Virus record (IMG/VR): IMGVR_UViG_3300048861_000178
Span: 128,001 to 192,000 of that record
Direction: 5' to 3' (one strand)
From: a virus
Taxonomy: Duplodnaviria; Caudoviricetes
Length of the DNA: 64,000 nucleotides
Numbering within the stretch: position 1 is the first letter of the stretch; each line of letters begins with the position of its first letter. Positions 17,995-27,591 of the stretch are shown piece after piece. A program made the translations under genes and the position numbers. The notes beneath the pieces were generated by a model. It did not search any database and was not told the DNA's origin. It worked only from the letters and a program-made list of their open reading frames with translations.

Positions 17995-18351
17995 ATGACC
18001 ATCGCATACGCAATCGGTCTGGTCGTCTTCGTTGCGCTGGTCGTGTTCTGGATCGTGAGAGCGTTTGTCTCGCTCACGATCCAAGACCCCCAAAGCAAGC
18101 TGACGGTCTGGCTGCAAAAGTCGTTCCTCTCGGCCAACCTCATCCCCGGTACAGAGATGGTCATCGCGGTGCTCGTCTACACCTTCCTCGCCTTTGGCGC
18201 CTGGTTCGTGGGCCTGCCCATTACCGCGATGGCGGTGCTCGGTTACATGTGTTTGCAATGCATCCAGTGGCTGTATGCAGCGCAAGACACCGTGGCGCGG
18301 CGCTTTAATCACATCCTCTTAGGCCAGGAGCTTTGCTGCATGCCAGCGTGA
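17995..18351 (+). CDS. small membrane protein (TM-linker-2TM family)
   Basis: hydrophobicity pattern. Confidence 0.7.
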   Translation: MTIAYAIGLVVFVALVVFWIVRAFVSLTIQDPQSKLTVWLQKSFLSANLIPGTEMVIAVLVYTFLAFGAWFVGLPITAMAVLGYMCLQCIQWLYAAQDTVARRFNHILLGQELCCMPA

Positions 18352-18453
18352 GCTTCATTCTGTGAGTCAGATGCCTTCGGGTGTCTGGCTCGCCTCCTCT
18401 TACCCCATCTTTTTTTTTTTGGCTTTATGGCGTCGCAGTATGGACGGAGGATC

Positions 18454-18843
18454 ATGACTGACTCGAAGAAGTTGCGCTGGCTGGTCGATTCGAAAGATCC
18501 AAATCATCGAATCGGAATTGTTCACTACTGTCCTGCGTGTGATATGAACCATGTGGTTTATATTGCGCAGCAGCTTCAAGCCCACCCACATCCCGTCTGG
18601 ACGTGGAATGGTCAATTTAACGAACAACTTACCTGCCATCCGTCGCTGCTGCTACGGTATACGCGACGCTTTGACGAGCGGCTCGACTTGCCCACGCGAA
18701 AGCCCGATCATTATGAGCAAATAGTGGATGTGGTATGCCACTACTTCATCACAGGCGGCTATCTCGTGTACTGTGGTGATTCGACCCATAAGCTGGCAGG
18801 AGTCACGATTCCGCTCGAGGACTTTCCGCCGGACGATCAATAA
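18454..18843 (+). CDS. Cys/His metal-binding protein (DUF6527-like)
   Basis: CPACDMNH, WTWNG, PSLL, CHYFIT.G..CGDSTHKLAG. Confidence 0.7.
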   Translation: MTDSKKLRWLVDSKDPNHRIGIVHYCPACDMNHVVYIAQQLQAHPHPVWTWNGQFNEQLTCHPSLLLRYTRRFDERLDLPTRKPDHYEQIVDVVCHYFITGGYLVYCGDSTHKLAGVTIPLEDFPPDDQ

Positions 18844-18854
18844 AGGAAACTAAC

Positions 18855-19199
18855 ATGAGCGCCAAATTCCTGGCCTTCTTGAAATGGCTGCGTGACAAGC
18901 TCACGATGAAACAAACGCGCGCCTTGATCGCCAAGACCTTCGGCGACATGTTCCAGAACTGGAACGGTGACTACGACCCGGCTCGTCTGGTTGGTTACGG
19001 ATTTGTGCTGCTGTGTGGCTTTGTCTTCATCGCACTCACGATCTACGACACGCTGAAGAATCACTCGTTTAACAGCCTCGCCTTCTCGGGTGGCTGCGTG
19101 GCGATCTCGGGCCAAGCACTTGCTGCGGCTTGGGGCGTGAGGCTGAAGCAAAACTCCGAAGTCCCCATGCCGCCGCCTGAGTTTCGCGGTGGTCAATAA
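18855..19199 (+). CDS. 2-TM membrane protein, holin-like
   Basis: two TM helices with charged termini. Confidence 0.55.
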   Translation: MSAKFLAFLKWLRDKLTMKQTRALIAKTFGDMFQNWNGDYDPARLVGYGFVLLCGFVFIALTIYDTLKNHSFNSLAFSGGCVAISGQALAAAWGVRLKQNSEVPMPPPEFRGGQ

Positions 19200-19211
19200 A
19201 AGGAATCTGAC

Positions 19212-19313
19212 ATGTCTTTCATGACGTACGCCATGCTGATGAATGGCGTCACACAGCGCGCCATGCTCCAATCGATGGCGCTGTTCAACCCGTTTCTGCT
19301 CTGGGGGATCTGA
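19212..19313 (+). CDS. 33-aa Met-rich peptide
   Basis: AAGGA SD; TGATG overlap with next gene. Confidence 0.5.
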   Translation: MSFMTYAMLMNGVTQRAMLQSMALFNPFLLWGI

Positions 19314-19774
19314 TGGGTGCACCGACAATCGGCCAAGCGGTTCAGTTCTATCCCGAACGCGGTGGTCAACTGGCTGACCTCAATGCAATCGAGCCGATCA
19401 CACCGCTGAGCGCTACGATTCGCTATGTGGGTCCGACGCTCAAAGTAAACCTGACGGTCACGGGTCCGACGGGTCGCCAGTACATGCTGAAGAACGTACC
19501 GTACTTCGATAGCGAATACGCGACGCGTCCCTACACGAATATCATCCCTGGCGTGGGTGGTTATTGTGTGGACCCGAACGACGCTCCGGCTTTCCCGCCG
19601 CCCAAGACGGCGCCGTATCAAAAGGCAGGCTGGAACATGCCGCTCTCACCGATCAATCCCCCGGCCAACCCGGAAGACACTGCGCAGCCTTACGTGCCGG
19701 TCAAGATCATGGCCGACGAGACGGGTACGCCCGTCGAGGCTCCGGAAACCCCGGTCGCGCAAGATCCGAACTAA
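19313..19774 (+). CDS. hypothetical protein (paralog of 19832)
   Basis: QFYP..PLSATI..VNLTV..KNVPY. Confidence 0.7.
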   Translation: MGAPTIGQAVQFYPERGGQLADLNAIEPITPLSATIRYVGPTLKVNLTVTGPTGRQYMLKNVPYFDSEYATRPYTNIIPGVGGYCVDPNDAPAFPPPKTAPYQKAGWNMPLSPINPPANPEDTAQPYVPVKIMADETGTPVEAPETPVAQDPN

Positions 19775-19831
19775 GCTTTTCGGTTCGGCACACATGCAGT
19801 AGCCTTTTCCCTTTCTTAACTGGAGTCATCG

Positions 19832-20191
19832 ATGCCCGCAGTCAATAACACCGCAGCCAAGTTCTACCCGCAACACACTGCACCCGCCCTCGGCTTGGAC
19901 GGCAGTGGCAATACCGTCGTGAACATCGCGGCGCTGCCCTGCACGATCATCAAAGTCCTGACCGGTGGTTCGCGTGTGAGCGTTGCGGTCGAGAATCCGG
20001 CTCAAGCGAAGCAAACCCCGTCGGGCGCCTGGGCGACCAACAACGTCCCGTTCGTCGACGCGGGTGAAGCACCTCCGGCCACGGGTCCGTTCGTGACGGC
20101 AGTCGGCTACGTGGTTCCGGCCGATGGCACCACGCACGCTGCCAACGGCACGCCGTCCTCGGAAGGCGGCGAAGCACAAGCAGGCGCTTAA
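19832..20191 (+). CDS. hypothetical protein (paralog of 19313)
   Basis: KFYP..ALPCTI..VSVAV..NNVPF. Confidence 0.7.
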   Translation: MPAVNNTAAKFYPQHTAPALGLDGSGNTVVNIAALPCTIIKVLTGGSRVSVAVENPAQAKQTPSGAWATNNVPFVDAGEAPPATGPFVTAVGYVVPADGTTHAANGTPSSEGGEAQAGA

Positions 20192-20285
20192 GCGTCTCTG
20201 ATAAAGGCGGGGCTACGGTCCTGCCTTTATGCCGTAATAACAGCGATTCATTAAGGAAAACAATAGAATAGGAAAACTTACTGAG

Positions 20286-20615
20286 GTGCGGCATGATCTG
20301 GAAAGAGTCATGCTGTTCAGATCAAACAGGATAATCGTGAACGACAACAACTTTAAACCGATCGAGTATTCCCGTGCTTATTCGGAAGCACTGTGGATTG
20401 CGATTGAAACGACGCGCTCTGAAGCGTATCAGCTGCGCACGTCGCTGGAGTCCGATGAGAAGTGTAAGGGCTCGGTGGCAACGGTCATTGAAAGCAAGAT
20501 GATCGAGTGCTTTGAAGCGGCTGACCTCTTGGAAGGTCAACTCAAGCGTCACGGACATCGCGATTTTCTGAAGCGCATGCGTGAAGCAGACAATCCCATT
20601 TTCCGGGTTGCCTAG
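20286..20615 (+). CDS. hypothetical protein (start uncertain)
   Basis: ORF following a hairpin element. Confidence 0.55.
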   Translation: MRHDLERVMLFRSNRIIVNDNNFKPIEYSRAYSEALWIAIETTRSEAYQLRTSLESDEKCKGSVATVIESKMIECFEAADLLEGQLKRHGHRDFLKRMREADNPIFRVA

Positions 20616-20619
20616 TAAG

Positions 20620-21095
20620 CTCTCTGATGAGCCGTGCAAGTCGGCAACGGTTATCAATCGTCCATCTGTTAAGACACCCTTCTCAAGGGACGATTGGTAA
20701 TTCGTGGGTGTAACGCCCGCGAAAGGGGGAGACTCTCACTCCCCCTCAGAGCAAAAGGTTCACGATCCTTTTAGGAGGTGAGGTGTCGCCCGTCGGGCGC
20801 CTTCGCACCAGCGAGATACCGCCAAGTTGATACGCTGACTCAAATCGTACGGCTAAGACTTACGGTGCTACCGGAGTCAAGGCAAGTTGTACCCTGAAAC
20901 GAAAAGGCGACGTAAGGTTGGACTCGCAAGCCAACGATAAGTCGATGACTAAGTAAGGGACGCAGCCTGCAGAAAGTTCTTTGGTCCAAACGACACGTCC
21001 TCACGTGTCGACGACTCTGTTGAGGACTACCGCTTTAATCGAAAGAAGGACGGTAAGACAGAGAAGTGTCAAAGAGCGATCTGTGGAGTGCGTCA
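20620..21095 (+). ncRNA. putative large structured ncRNA
   Basis: no credible ORF; many nested stems (see findings); strand assumed from neighbours. Confidence 0.5.
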
Positions 21096-21120
21096 CTAAA
21101 ACCAAGAAGAAGGATAGTAA

Positions 21121-21879
21121 ATGGAAGCGCAACAATTCAAACGGTTCCGTGGAGTACGGATTGTTCCCATCGTGCGGCCGGAAGCGACGGACTACATTGT
21201 AGCGGATCTGCAGCATACAGCGATGATCGATGACGAGACGGTTTTGACTGCGCCGTATCGTTTTGGAACGACGTTCTCAGTGCTGGGATTGGGACAAACC
21301 GAAGCGCTACTCGAAACAGCCCTCCTCGGCGTGACAGACCACATCAGTTACAAAGCGATGCTGGAGAGCGTCTATCTGAAGGTCGGCGAACAGTACGTGA
21401 AGGCTCCGGTCAATGAACCGCTGCGGCCCGACCCGGTGTCGACGTACCGCTGGATTGGTCTGGCCGACCATAAGCTATCGGTCGGTCTGAACAGTTACAC
21501 ACGGGATGTGGAAGGCAGGACCCTGAGCCTTTTCGATCCGTTCACAGCCGCTGGGATTCACATCGCGCTCGAATCGTTGCTCTCGGGCAGCGTGAACCTC
21601 GAGCTGTCCGACACGTGTTTCTACACGACACCCCTCACGGTCCGCTTGAGCTTTTCGGACGCACCGTCGTTGCAAGACGAGGAAATCCGTCGCAAGATCA
21701 AGCAGGACCTGACGCAGCTCGTGAGCGATCGCGTTGAATTGGTCGGCTACGATCTGGACATCGATCGCGTAAACGCATTCAGTGCACCGAAATACGTGTC
21801 GCAAAAAGAGCTACAGACGGCGGCCGCCGACGTGCTAGTCGCGCGCTATCAAGAGCCGCCGCTGTATCATCAAGTCTAA
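21121..21879 (+). CDS. stand-alone homolog of an internal major capsid protein domain, copy 1
   Basis: IVPIVRPE, TAP..G..FSVLGLGQTEALLET, GSVNLELSDT, VGYDLD all match MCP 55652-57856. Confidence 0.85.
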   Translation: MEAQQFKRFRGVRIVPIVRPEATDYIVADLQHTAMIDDETVLTAPYRFGTTFSVLGLGQTEALLETALLGVTDHISYKAMLESVYLKVGEQYVKAPVNEPLRPDPVSTYRWIGLADHKLSVGLNSYTRDVEGRTLSLFDPFTAAGIHIALESLLSGSVNLELSDTCFYTTPLTVRLSFSDAPSLQDEEIRRKIKQDLTQLVSDRVELVGYDLDIDRVNAFSAPKYVSQKELQTAAADVLVARYQEPPLYHQV

Positions 21880-21927
21880 GGTCGCTTGACCCTAGACGTA
21901 CCCGCTTAAGAAGAAGGAAGAAAACAA

Positions 21928-22683
21928 GTGGAAGCACAACAATTCAAACGGTTTCGGGGTGTTCGTATCGTTCCGGTTGTACGTCCGGAAACAGAAGACC
22001 TGTTGGTTCCGGCATTAGCACGATTCGTGAACATCGATGGCGCGCCGGTTCATACCGCGCCCCTGAAGGTCGGCCAGAAGCTCTCGATTCTTGGTGTCGG
22101 CCAGACGCAAAGCCTGCTGGAAACGTCGATTCTGGACAGGACCGATCGTCTGAGCGAAAAGGCGTATCTGGAATCAGTTTACCTGAGTCTGGGTGAGCAG
22201 CACGTGAAGCTCGACCTCGGTCTGCCGTTCATGCGCTGTCGCAACTGGGAAGAGCGTCGCCTCATCGAAGTGTATCACTCGCAACACAAGGTCACGATCA
22301 ATACGAACACGCGCGCCATTGACGGCTCGAAACTGGTCATGTTCAAAGAGTTCCTGGACGCCGGAATCGAACTCGAACTGCACCTGCATGTGAGCGGCTC
22401 GATCAGCTGCATGACAGCTGAAATGAGGCTGGAAGTGCTCCTCACTGGCATCGTGCCGAAGTTCCCGCATCACAACTCGCTGCAAGACGAGCAGATCCAG
22501 TCGGACATTTCGGCGGATATTGGCCGCACGCTGCTGCGCGTTCAGCCGGTTGGTTACGATCTGGACATCGACCGTCTGAACGACCTGGACCGGCCGATCA
22601 AGACCGAAGAAGTCGATCCGGCGGTCGCGGCCCAAAAGCTCGCGGCGAAATACGCAGAAGCACCGAACGGCGTGCCGCGTTAA
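21928..22683 (+). CDS. stand-alone homolog of an internal major capsid protein domain, copy 2
   Basis: same N-terminus MEAQQFKRFRGVRIVP; TAPLKVGQKLSILGVGQTQSLLET; VGYDLD. Confidence 0.85.
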   Translation: MEAQQFKRFRGVRIVPVVRPETEDLLVPALARFVNIDGAPVHTAPLKVGQKLSILGVGQTQSLLETSILDRTDRLSEKAYLESVYLSLGEQHVKLDLGLPFMRCRNWEERRLIEVYHSQHKVTINTNTRAIDGSKLVMFKEFLDAGIELELHLHVSGSISCMTAEMRLEVLLTGIVPKFPHHNSLQDEQIQSDISADIGRTLLRVQPVGYDLDIDRLNDLDRPIKTEEVDPAVAAQKLAAKYAEAPNGVPR

Positions 22684-22729
22684 TCAGCCTCTCGGCCACA
22701 CGCTACACTTACAACCATAACACCTCGTC

Positions 22730-23485
22730 ATGAAACACGTCCTATTCGAAACCAACAAGGGTAACTTCCTCGTCGAGCTCGACGATGAGCGTGCTCCCAA
22801 GACTGTCGCGAATTTCCTCGCTTACGTGCACAAGGGCCAGTACACCAACACGATCTTCCATCGCGTGATCGATGGCTTCATGGTCCAGGGTGGCGGCTTC
22901 GAACCCGGCATGAAGCAAAAGACGGTGGATGCACCGATTCGCAATGAAGCGGACAACGGTCTGAAGAACATCGCGTACTCGATCGCGATGGCACGCACCA
23001 ACGATCCGCATTCGGCGAGCGCGCAGTTCTTTATCAACGTGCGCGACAACGAGTTCCTGAACCATACGTCGGCCACATCTCAAGGCTGGGGTTACTGCGT
23101 GTTCGGCCAAGTCGTGGCTGGTCAAGAAGTGATCGACGAAATTCGTCGGGTACGTACCGGCAGCAAGGGTTTTCACCAGGACGTGCCGCTGGAAGACGTG
23201 ATCGTCACGGTCGCGTACGAAACGGATGCGGAAGCCAATCATCGTCAAGGTGATCCGGCCACGGAAGAAGCAGCCGAAACAGGCACGCTGGGTCGTCTGG
23301 TCCAAGGCGCTGATGTCGAACGCGTTGCAGCAAGCCTTTTGGATGACGAAGGTCTTTCCGATGAACAGATCGAACAAGGCCGTACGATCGTCAAAGAAGG
23401 GCTGTTGCGGATTCGCCATCAATTGGGAATGCAATTGAATTTGGAGTTCGACGAACTTAATCGTCGGTTCCCGAAAGAGCGCTAA
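22730..23485 (+). CDS. ppiB: cyclophilin-type peptidyl-prolyl isomerase with C-terminal extension
   Basis: [51 protein letters not shown]. Confidence 0.95.
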   Translation: MKHVLFETNKGNFLVELDDERAPKTVANFLAYVHKGQYTNTIFHRVIDGFMVQGGGFEPGMKQKTVDAPIRNEADNGLKNIAYSIAMARTNDPHSASAQFFINVRDNEFLNHTSATSQGWGYCVFGQVVAGQEVIDEIRRVRTGSKGFHQDVPLEDVIVTVAYETDAEANHRQGDPATEEAAETGTLGRLVQGADVERVAASLLDDEGLSDEQIEQGRTIVKEGLLRIRHQLGMQLNLEFDELNRRFPKER

Positions 23486-23488
23486 GGC

Positions 23489-23794
23489 TTGGCCATGAAC
23501 ATCAAGTTCGAAGACCAGCCGGATGCCCTGCTGGTGTTGGTGCAAAAGAGCATCGAAGAAGCCCTGGCACGATACCCGGCTGAGAAAGTTCGCGAGATGT
23601 CGAAGTTCATGTGCCAGTCTTCACCGAATCCCCAGGGCGTTATCTGGTCAATGACAGTCATCGATCCGTATCGTCAGTTCGAGATCCCGGTGGCGGTGCA
23701 CGTGCGTGAAGATGGCTCGTACGGCGTTAATGTGTCGGGCACAGATGAGCAGTGGAAGTTCTTGTTCCGCGATCCGGGCTTTGTGAGGTCTTAA
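23489..23794 (+). CDS. hypothetical protein
   Basis: ORF tiling. Confidence 0.6.
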   Translation: MAMNIKFEDQPDALLVLVQKSIEEALARYPAEKVREMSKFMCQSSPNPQGVIWSMTVIDPYRQFEIPVAVHVREDGSYGVNVSGTDEQWKFLFRDPGFVRS

Positions 23795-23864
23795 AGGTAG
23801 ATGGCGGCGACGACAGGGAGGATGAAATCTTGTGTAGTTCATCCTCTCTTTCAAGGACACGATC

Positions 23865-24197
23865 ATGGGTACGGCTTGGCAACAGATGTTTGTAGGAAAG
23901 AGCGCGCAAGTGCTCATGCAACTCACCAATGCGAATATTGGCGATCCGGATACATTGCTCAACGAGCTCTGTAGCTTGCCGGGTATTCCGGATACTGCGC
24001 GTCAGGCGCTCACCAAGCCCTCCACTCAGAATACCTTAGGCGGACTGGCTCCGATTGAGTACCTGGCGTGTGGGCTGCTCAAGCACAGTAAGTCGCACCC
24101 TTCGCCTCAGATCCTGGCCGACTGGAAAATGGGCGCAGCGGGTACGAGCATGCGCATTAACCGGATTCGTTTACTGGCTGTGCAATTCTTCGCCTAA
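23865..24197 (+). CDS. hypothetical protein, possible Xre/MbcA/ParS C-terminal-like motif
   Basis: LTKP..TLGGLAPIEYL. Confidence 0.55.
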   Translation: MGTAWQQMFVGKSAQVLMQLTNANIGDPDTLLNELCSLPGIPDTARQALTKPSTQNTLGGLAPIEYLACGLLKHSKSHPSPQILADWKMGAAGTSMRINRIRLLAVQFFA

Positions 24198-24205
24198 GGA
24201 GGCAC

Positions 24206-24577
24206 GTGATGAGTGTGGCAATGGGTCTTTTCATGCATTCGGTTTTTGAAGACGGCACTTTGGCGGCTGAACAGTCGCCTGAGGTATTGCTCGAGACACT
24301 GAACCGGCACGATAAACGCGTGGAAGGATCAAATGCGTTCTTGGTCACTTCGTGCGATGCGCTCAATGAACTCTCGCCGGTCGAAGTGCTGGCGGGGCGC
24401 TGGTTCAAAGCGCGTCAGGATGCACCGGGTCGCACCGTGTGGGGTAATGGTAAGGCAACGGTTGTCCCCTACACCGAAGCGGACATTGCGGCGCATCGTC
24501 GCATACTCGAATTGCCCGTCGAAGAACGTGCGGCCAAAGTCATTGCGGCGGCAAAGCGCTGGCAGGTGAACGATTAA
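24206..24577 (+). CDS. hypothetical protein, possible Xre/MbcA/ParS C-terminal-like motif
   Basis: FLVTSCDALNELSPVEVL; AAGGAGG SD. Confidence 0.55.
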   Translation: MMSVAMGLFMHSVFEDGTLAAEQSPEVLLETLNRHDKRVEGSNAFLVTSCDALNELSPVEVLAGRWFKARQDAPGRTVWGNGKATVVPYTEADIAAHRRILELPVEERAAKVIAAAKRWQVND

Positions 24578-24980
24578 CTTTCGGGTCGCTGTCTTTTGCA
24601 TGCGGCTGTAGTGCTGTAGTAGACTGTTCCTCGTTTGTTTAATTGCAGAGGTCTCCTCTCGAAGGCCAGGCGGTTCGGCTTCTCTCCTCCTGCCTGCTGC
24701 TTGGCCTTCGCTTTTTCTTACCCGTTCTTTGACGGGAGAGACTATCAGCGCTGGTCTGTCCAACACCGGATCAGAGTCTCTCCTGCTTTTTGTTTGTCCA
24801 CGGGGTAGCAGACAGCAAGCTCGTTCTCCACCGATACGCGAGCTCTGCTACCCCGCTTTTTATACTCTAACCAGAATAAAAGATGTCCAGAGCAGGTGCT
24901 CTGGTTTATGCCCTAATGAAACCAGTTTGGGCGACATATTACTTCTCTGAGTCGTACCAACATGTCTTTAACAAGGAGAA

Positions 24981-25751
24981 GTGAAGATGCAGCAGAAGAA
25001 TAACGGTGCTTACGAACAGTACCAGGCATTCAGAGGTGGTGTGCGGTTTGACTTCGCCACGCTCGCGGCGCTCTTTAGTGCGGGCAACAAGAAGTACGTC
25101 TGGAACGACAGCGTGAAGCTGATGGCGGTGATCTGGAACCTCTCACACGGTCGCCCCACAATGCCCACTCTGGTGGACGCAATCGTGACCGAACGCGATC
25201 GCGAGAATCTCAATACGCTCTACCAGTACGCCATTCAAGAGCTCCCGGTGACGAATCCGGACTGCTGGAAGTTCCGGGTGCTGATTCTGCCGCATGGCTC
25301 ACCTGAACCGTTTGCCCATTTCGATGCGACCATGGTGGCCGATCGGGATGTGAAAACGCCCTGGTACGTGGACGGCATCGACGCCCTGTCGCTTAAGGTG
25401 CACAGCATCGCTGAGCCCGGCTTCACGTCGGGCGTATCGACTGCTGATCGCTTCGGCAGCTACACCATCTTCGACAACCTGACGCAGACAGTCGAACTGA
25501 TGGAAGTCGGCACGCTTTACCTGCAATGCCTCGAAGAACAGGTCGAGGAGTTTGCGGGTAAAGACACGGCGGATCTGTTTCACAAGTTCCGCGCCTACGC
25601 TGACTGCATGCTGGAAATGCACGACGAGTATCAGTGCGACGTGTCGTACAAGCAAGTCGAGCAGGACCTGGTCCACCTGCAGGTGGCTGTCTACAAAGAC
25701 CGCCATACCTGCATCGTGCAGTTTGACGAAATCATCAAGAAGGTGAACTAA
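24981..25751 (+). CDS. hypothetical protein
   Basis: AAGGAG SD; CATATTAC at 24935 upstream. Confidence 0.75.
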   Translation: MKMQQKNNGAYEQYQAFRGGVRFDFATLAALFSAGNKKYVWNDSVKLMAVIWNLSHGRPTMPTLVDAIVTERDRENLNTLYQYAIQELPVTNPDCWKFRVLILPHGSPEPFAHFDATMVADRDVKTPWYVDGIDALSLKVHSIAEPGFTSGVSTADRFGSYTIFDNLTQTVELMEVGTLYLQCLEEQVEEFAGKDTADLFHKFRAYADCMLEMHDEYQCDVSYKQVEQDLVHLQVAVYKDRHTCIVQFDEIIKKVN

Positions 25752-26242
25752 TGGGCAAGATCTATTGTGATTTCGAATTCAACAGCCATAAAGGCGAGTT
25801 GATGAGTATCGGTCTGGTGAATAGCATGGGGGTGGCGTTGTATAACGTCTTTCCCAAGCCGAAAGCACCGATCGATCCGTGGGTGCAGCGCAATGTAGTC
25901 CCGTACCTGGACGCGGCTACACCAAACGGTATCTGGCCTCTCCACTTGGACGTGGAAGAGTTCCAAAAGGTTCTGCAGGCGTATTTGCAGAAAGAAGAGG
26001 GCGAGATTCGGATCGTGACCGACTGGCCGGATGACGTGAGGTATTTCAGCGAACTGCTGATCACAGGTCCGGGCACGATGGTGGACATTCCCGGCATCGT
26101 CTTCGAAGTACAGCGTGTTGATCCGTACGTTCAGGATCGGGCGCTGCAGGGTGCAGTACAGCATCACGCACTGTGGGACGCATTGCAGCTTCGACGATGC
26201 CTTACCGGCTTCTCGAACTACGAGGCGTTTCGCACGGCCTAG
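25751..26242 (+). CDS. DEDDh 3'-5' exonuclease (DUF5051-like)
   Basis: IYCDFEF, LMSIGLV, DWPDD, HHALWDA. Confidence 0.8.
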   Translation: MGKIYCDFEFNSHKGELMSIGLVNSMGVALYNVFPKPKAPIDPWVQRNVVPYLDAATPNGIWPLHLDVEEFQKVLQAYLQKEEGEIRIVTDWPDDVRYFSELLITGPGTMVDIPGIVFEVQRVDPYVQDRALQGAVQHHALWDALQLRRCLTGFSNYEAFRTA

Positions 26243-26272
26243 CCCTAGCAAGGCATCACCACCAGGAGATCA

Positions 26273-26791
26273 GTGATGAGTCGTGAAGTTCGTAAGGTAG
26301 CTGCGGGATGGCAACACCCGAAGTTGAACGACAAGCTGTTTGTCCCCTTGATGGACGGGAGTCGGTTTGTATCGGACTCTCAGCGGTATGAAGAAAGTCG
26401 CAGAATGTGGGAGCTCGGGATGGTACGGGACCCGCTGGATGCGAAAGAGTGGATCACTCGGCGAGAAGCAGGTATCTGTCAGACATGTTTCTACCAGTAT
26501 TACGGCAACGAGCCCCATCAGGACCAGTACATGCCGGTATGGAAACCCGAGGAAGCCACCCAGTACATGCTGTACGAAACGCTCACGTTGGGCACGCCGT
26601 TATCTCCGGCGTTTCCGACAGAACACGAGTTGGCGGATTGGTGCGTGACACACAAAGTCACGCTCTGCCCCACTCGGCGACTGACTTTTACCGGTTGGTT
26701 ACAGTTGTGCCAAGGCTTTACCTTTGGCCAGCTGATGCGCGAGAAGATCAACACCATTCTCATTGAGGATGCGTTGCTCCAACCCGCATGA
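26273..26791 (+). CDS. hypothetical protein (paralog of 28450 N-terminus)
   Basis: REVRKV..WQHP..FVPLMDG, YMP.W..EEAT..YET..GTPLS. Confidence 0.75.
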   Translation: MMSREVRKVAAGWQHPKLNDKLFVPLMDGSRFVSDSQRYEESRRMWELGMVRDPLDAKEWITRREAGICQTCFYQYYGNEPHQDQYMPVWKPEEATQYMLYETLTLGTPLSPAFPTEHELADWCVTHKVTLCPTRRLTFTGWLQLCQGFTFGQLMREKINTILIEDALLQPA

Positions 26792-27591
26792 TGGTAGATG
26801 TAAATCGCAGTAGAGCACTTTTGGCGAGGGGTTACACCCTCGCCGTTTATGACCTTGGCGTCCAAGCCCGCTACGAATGCGTGCGTGACCCCACTACAGA
26901 GAACGTTACAATGACTGCAAACGCAAATCCGATCACGTTGGAAAACTCCTATTGCAAGTTCACTTTCATCGCGCTTCCCAAGCAGGTGAAGAAGGTAGCG
27001 GAGCTACCCAACTGGTTCATCACGCTCGGCGACAAGAAGACCAACAAAGCCGTCAAAGTTTATTTGCAGATGACTCACTATGTCGAAGCCGGACCTGTGG
27101 ACATCCGCGATGCCGAGAATACAGTCGATTACATCAAGGCGATGTTGACAGACGAAAACTTCATCGCACAGTTCGGTGAACTCGACCTCAATAGTTGGAT
27201 GCAGAAAGCACCCAATGAGTCCGAGAACTACCGCGTAGCAAAGGAGTTTCACAACTTCTTCCAACGGCGCGGTCGTCATGTCGAAAGCCGTATCGGTGCA
27301 GCGGTCAAGAAGTGTACCCCGATCACGCTCGCAATGGATTCGGATGTGGTCTTTACCACTGACTGCCAGTCTAAAACCACCTCTCGTCGGCGAGGCATGA
27401 CAGGTGAAGTCACGATCTTCGGTCAGCATCATTACTTCTCGTTGCAGCACCCGCTCTTTGATCTGTCGCTGATGATGACGGGCACGGACGCACGCAAGAA
27501 CGTCACGCAGGAGCTGCGCAAGGCCTTCCCCTTCATCCAGACCACTGACATCAAGAACTGGTCGTTCGATACCCACGTACAAGGAAAGTGA
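26788..27591 (+). CDS. hypothetical protein (start may be ATG 26911)
   Basis: long ORF, overlapping stop/start. Confidence 0.7.
   Translation: MMVDVNRSRALLARGYTLAVYDLGVQARYECVRDPTTENVTMTANANPITLENSYCKFTFIALPKQVKKVAELPNWFITLGDKKTNKAVKVYLQMTHYVEAGPVDIRDAENTVDYIKAMLTDENFIAQFGELDLNSWMQKAPNESENYRVAKEFHNFFQRRGRHVESRIGAAVKKCTPITLAMDSDVVFTTDCQSKTTSRRRGMTGEVTIFGQHHYFSLQHPLFDLSLMMTGTDARKNVTQELRKAFPFIQTTDIKNWSFDTHVQGK

Noticed and set aside
20624-20650. Hammerhead ribozyme (CTGATGA followed by a stem)
   Set aside because: The stem is followed by AACGG, not the required GAAA core.
24578-24900. Pyrimidine-rich gap and minus ORF 24329-24766
   Set aside because: The ORF overlaps a better + gene, and I could not find convincing RNA structure or repeats in the gap.
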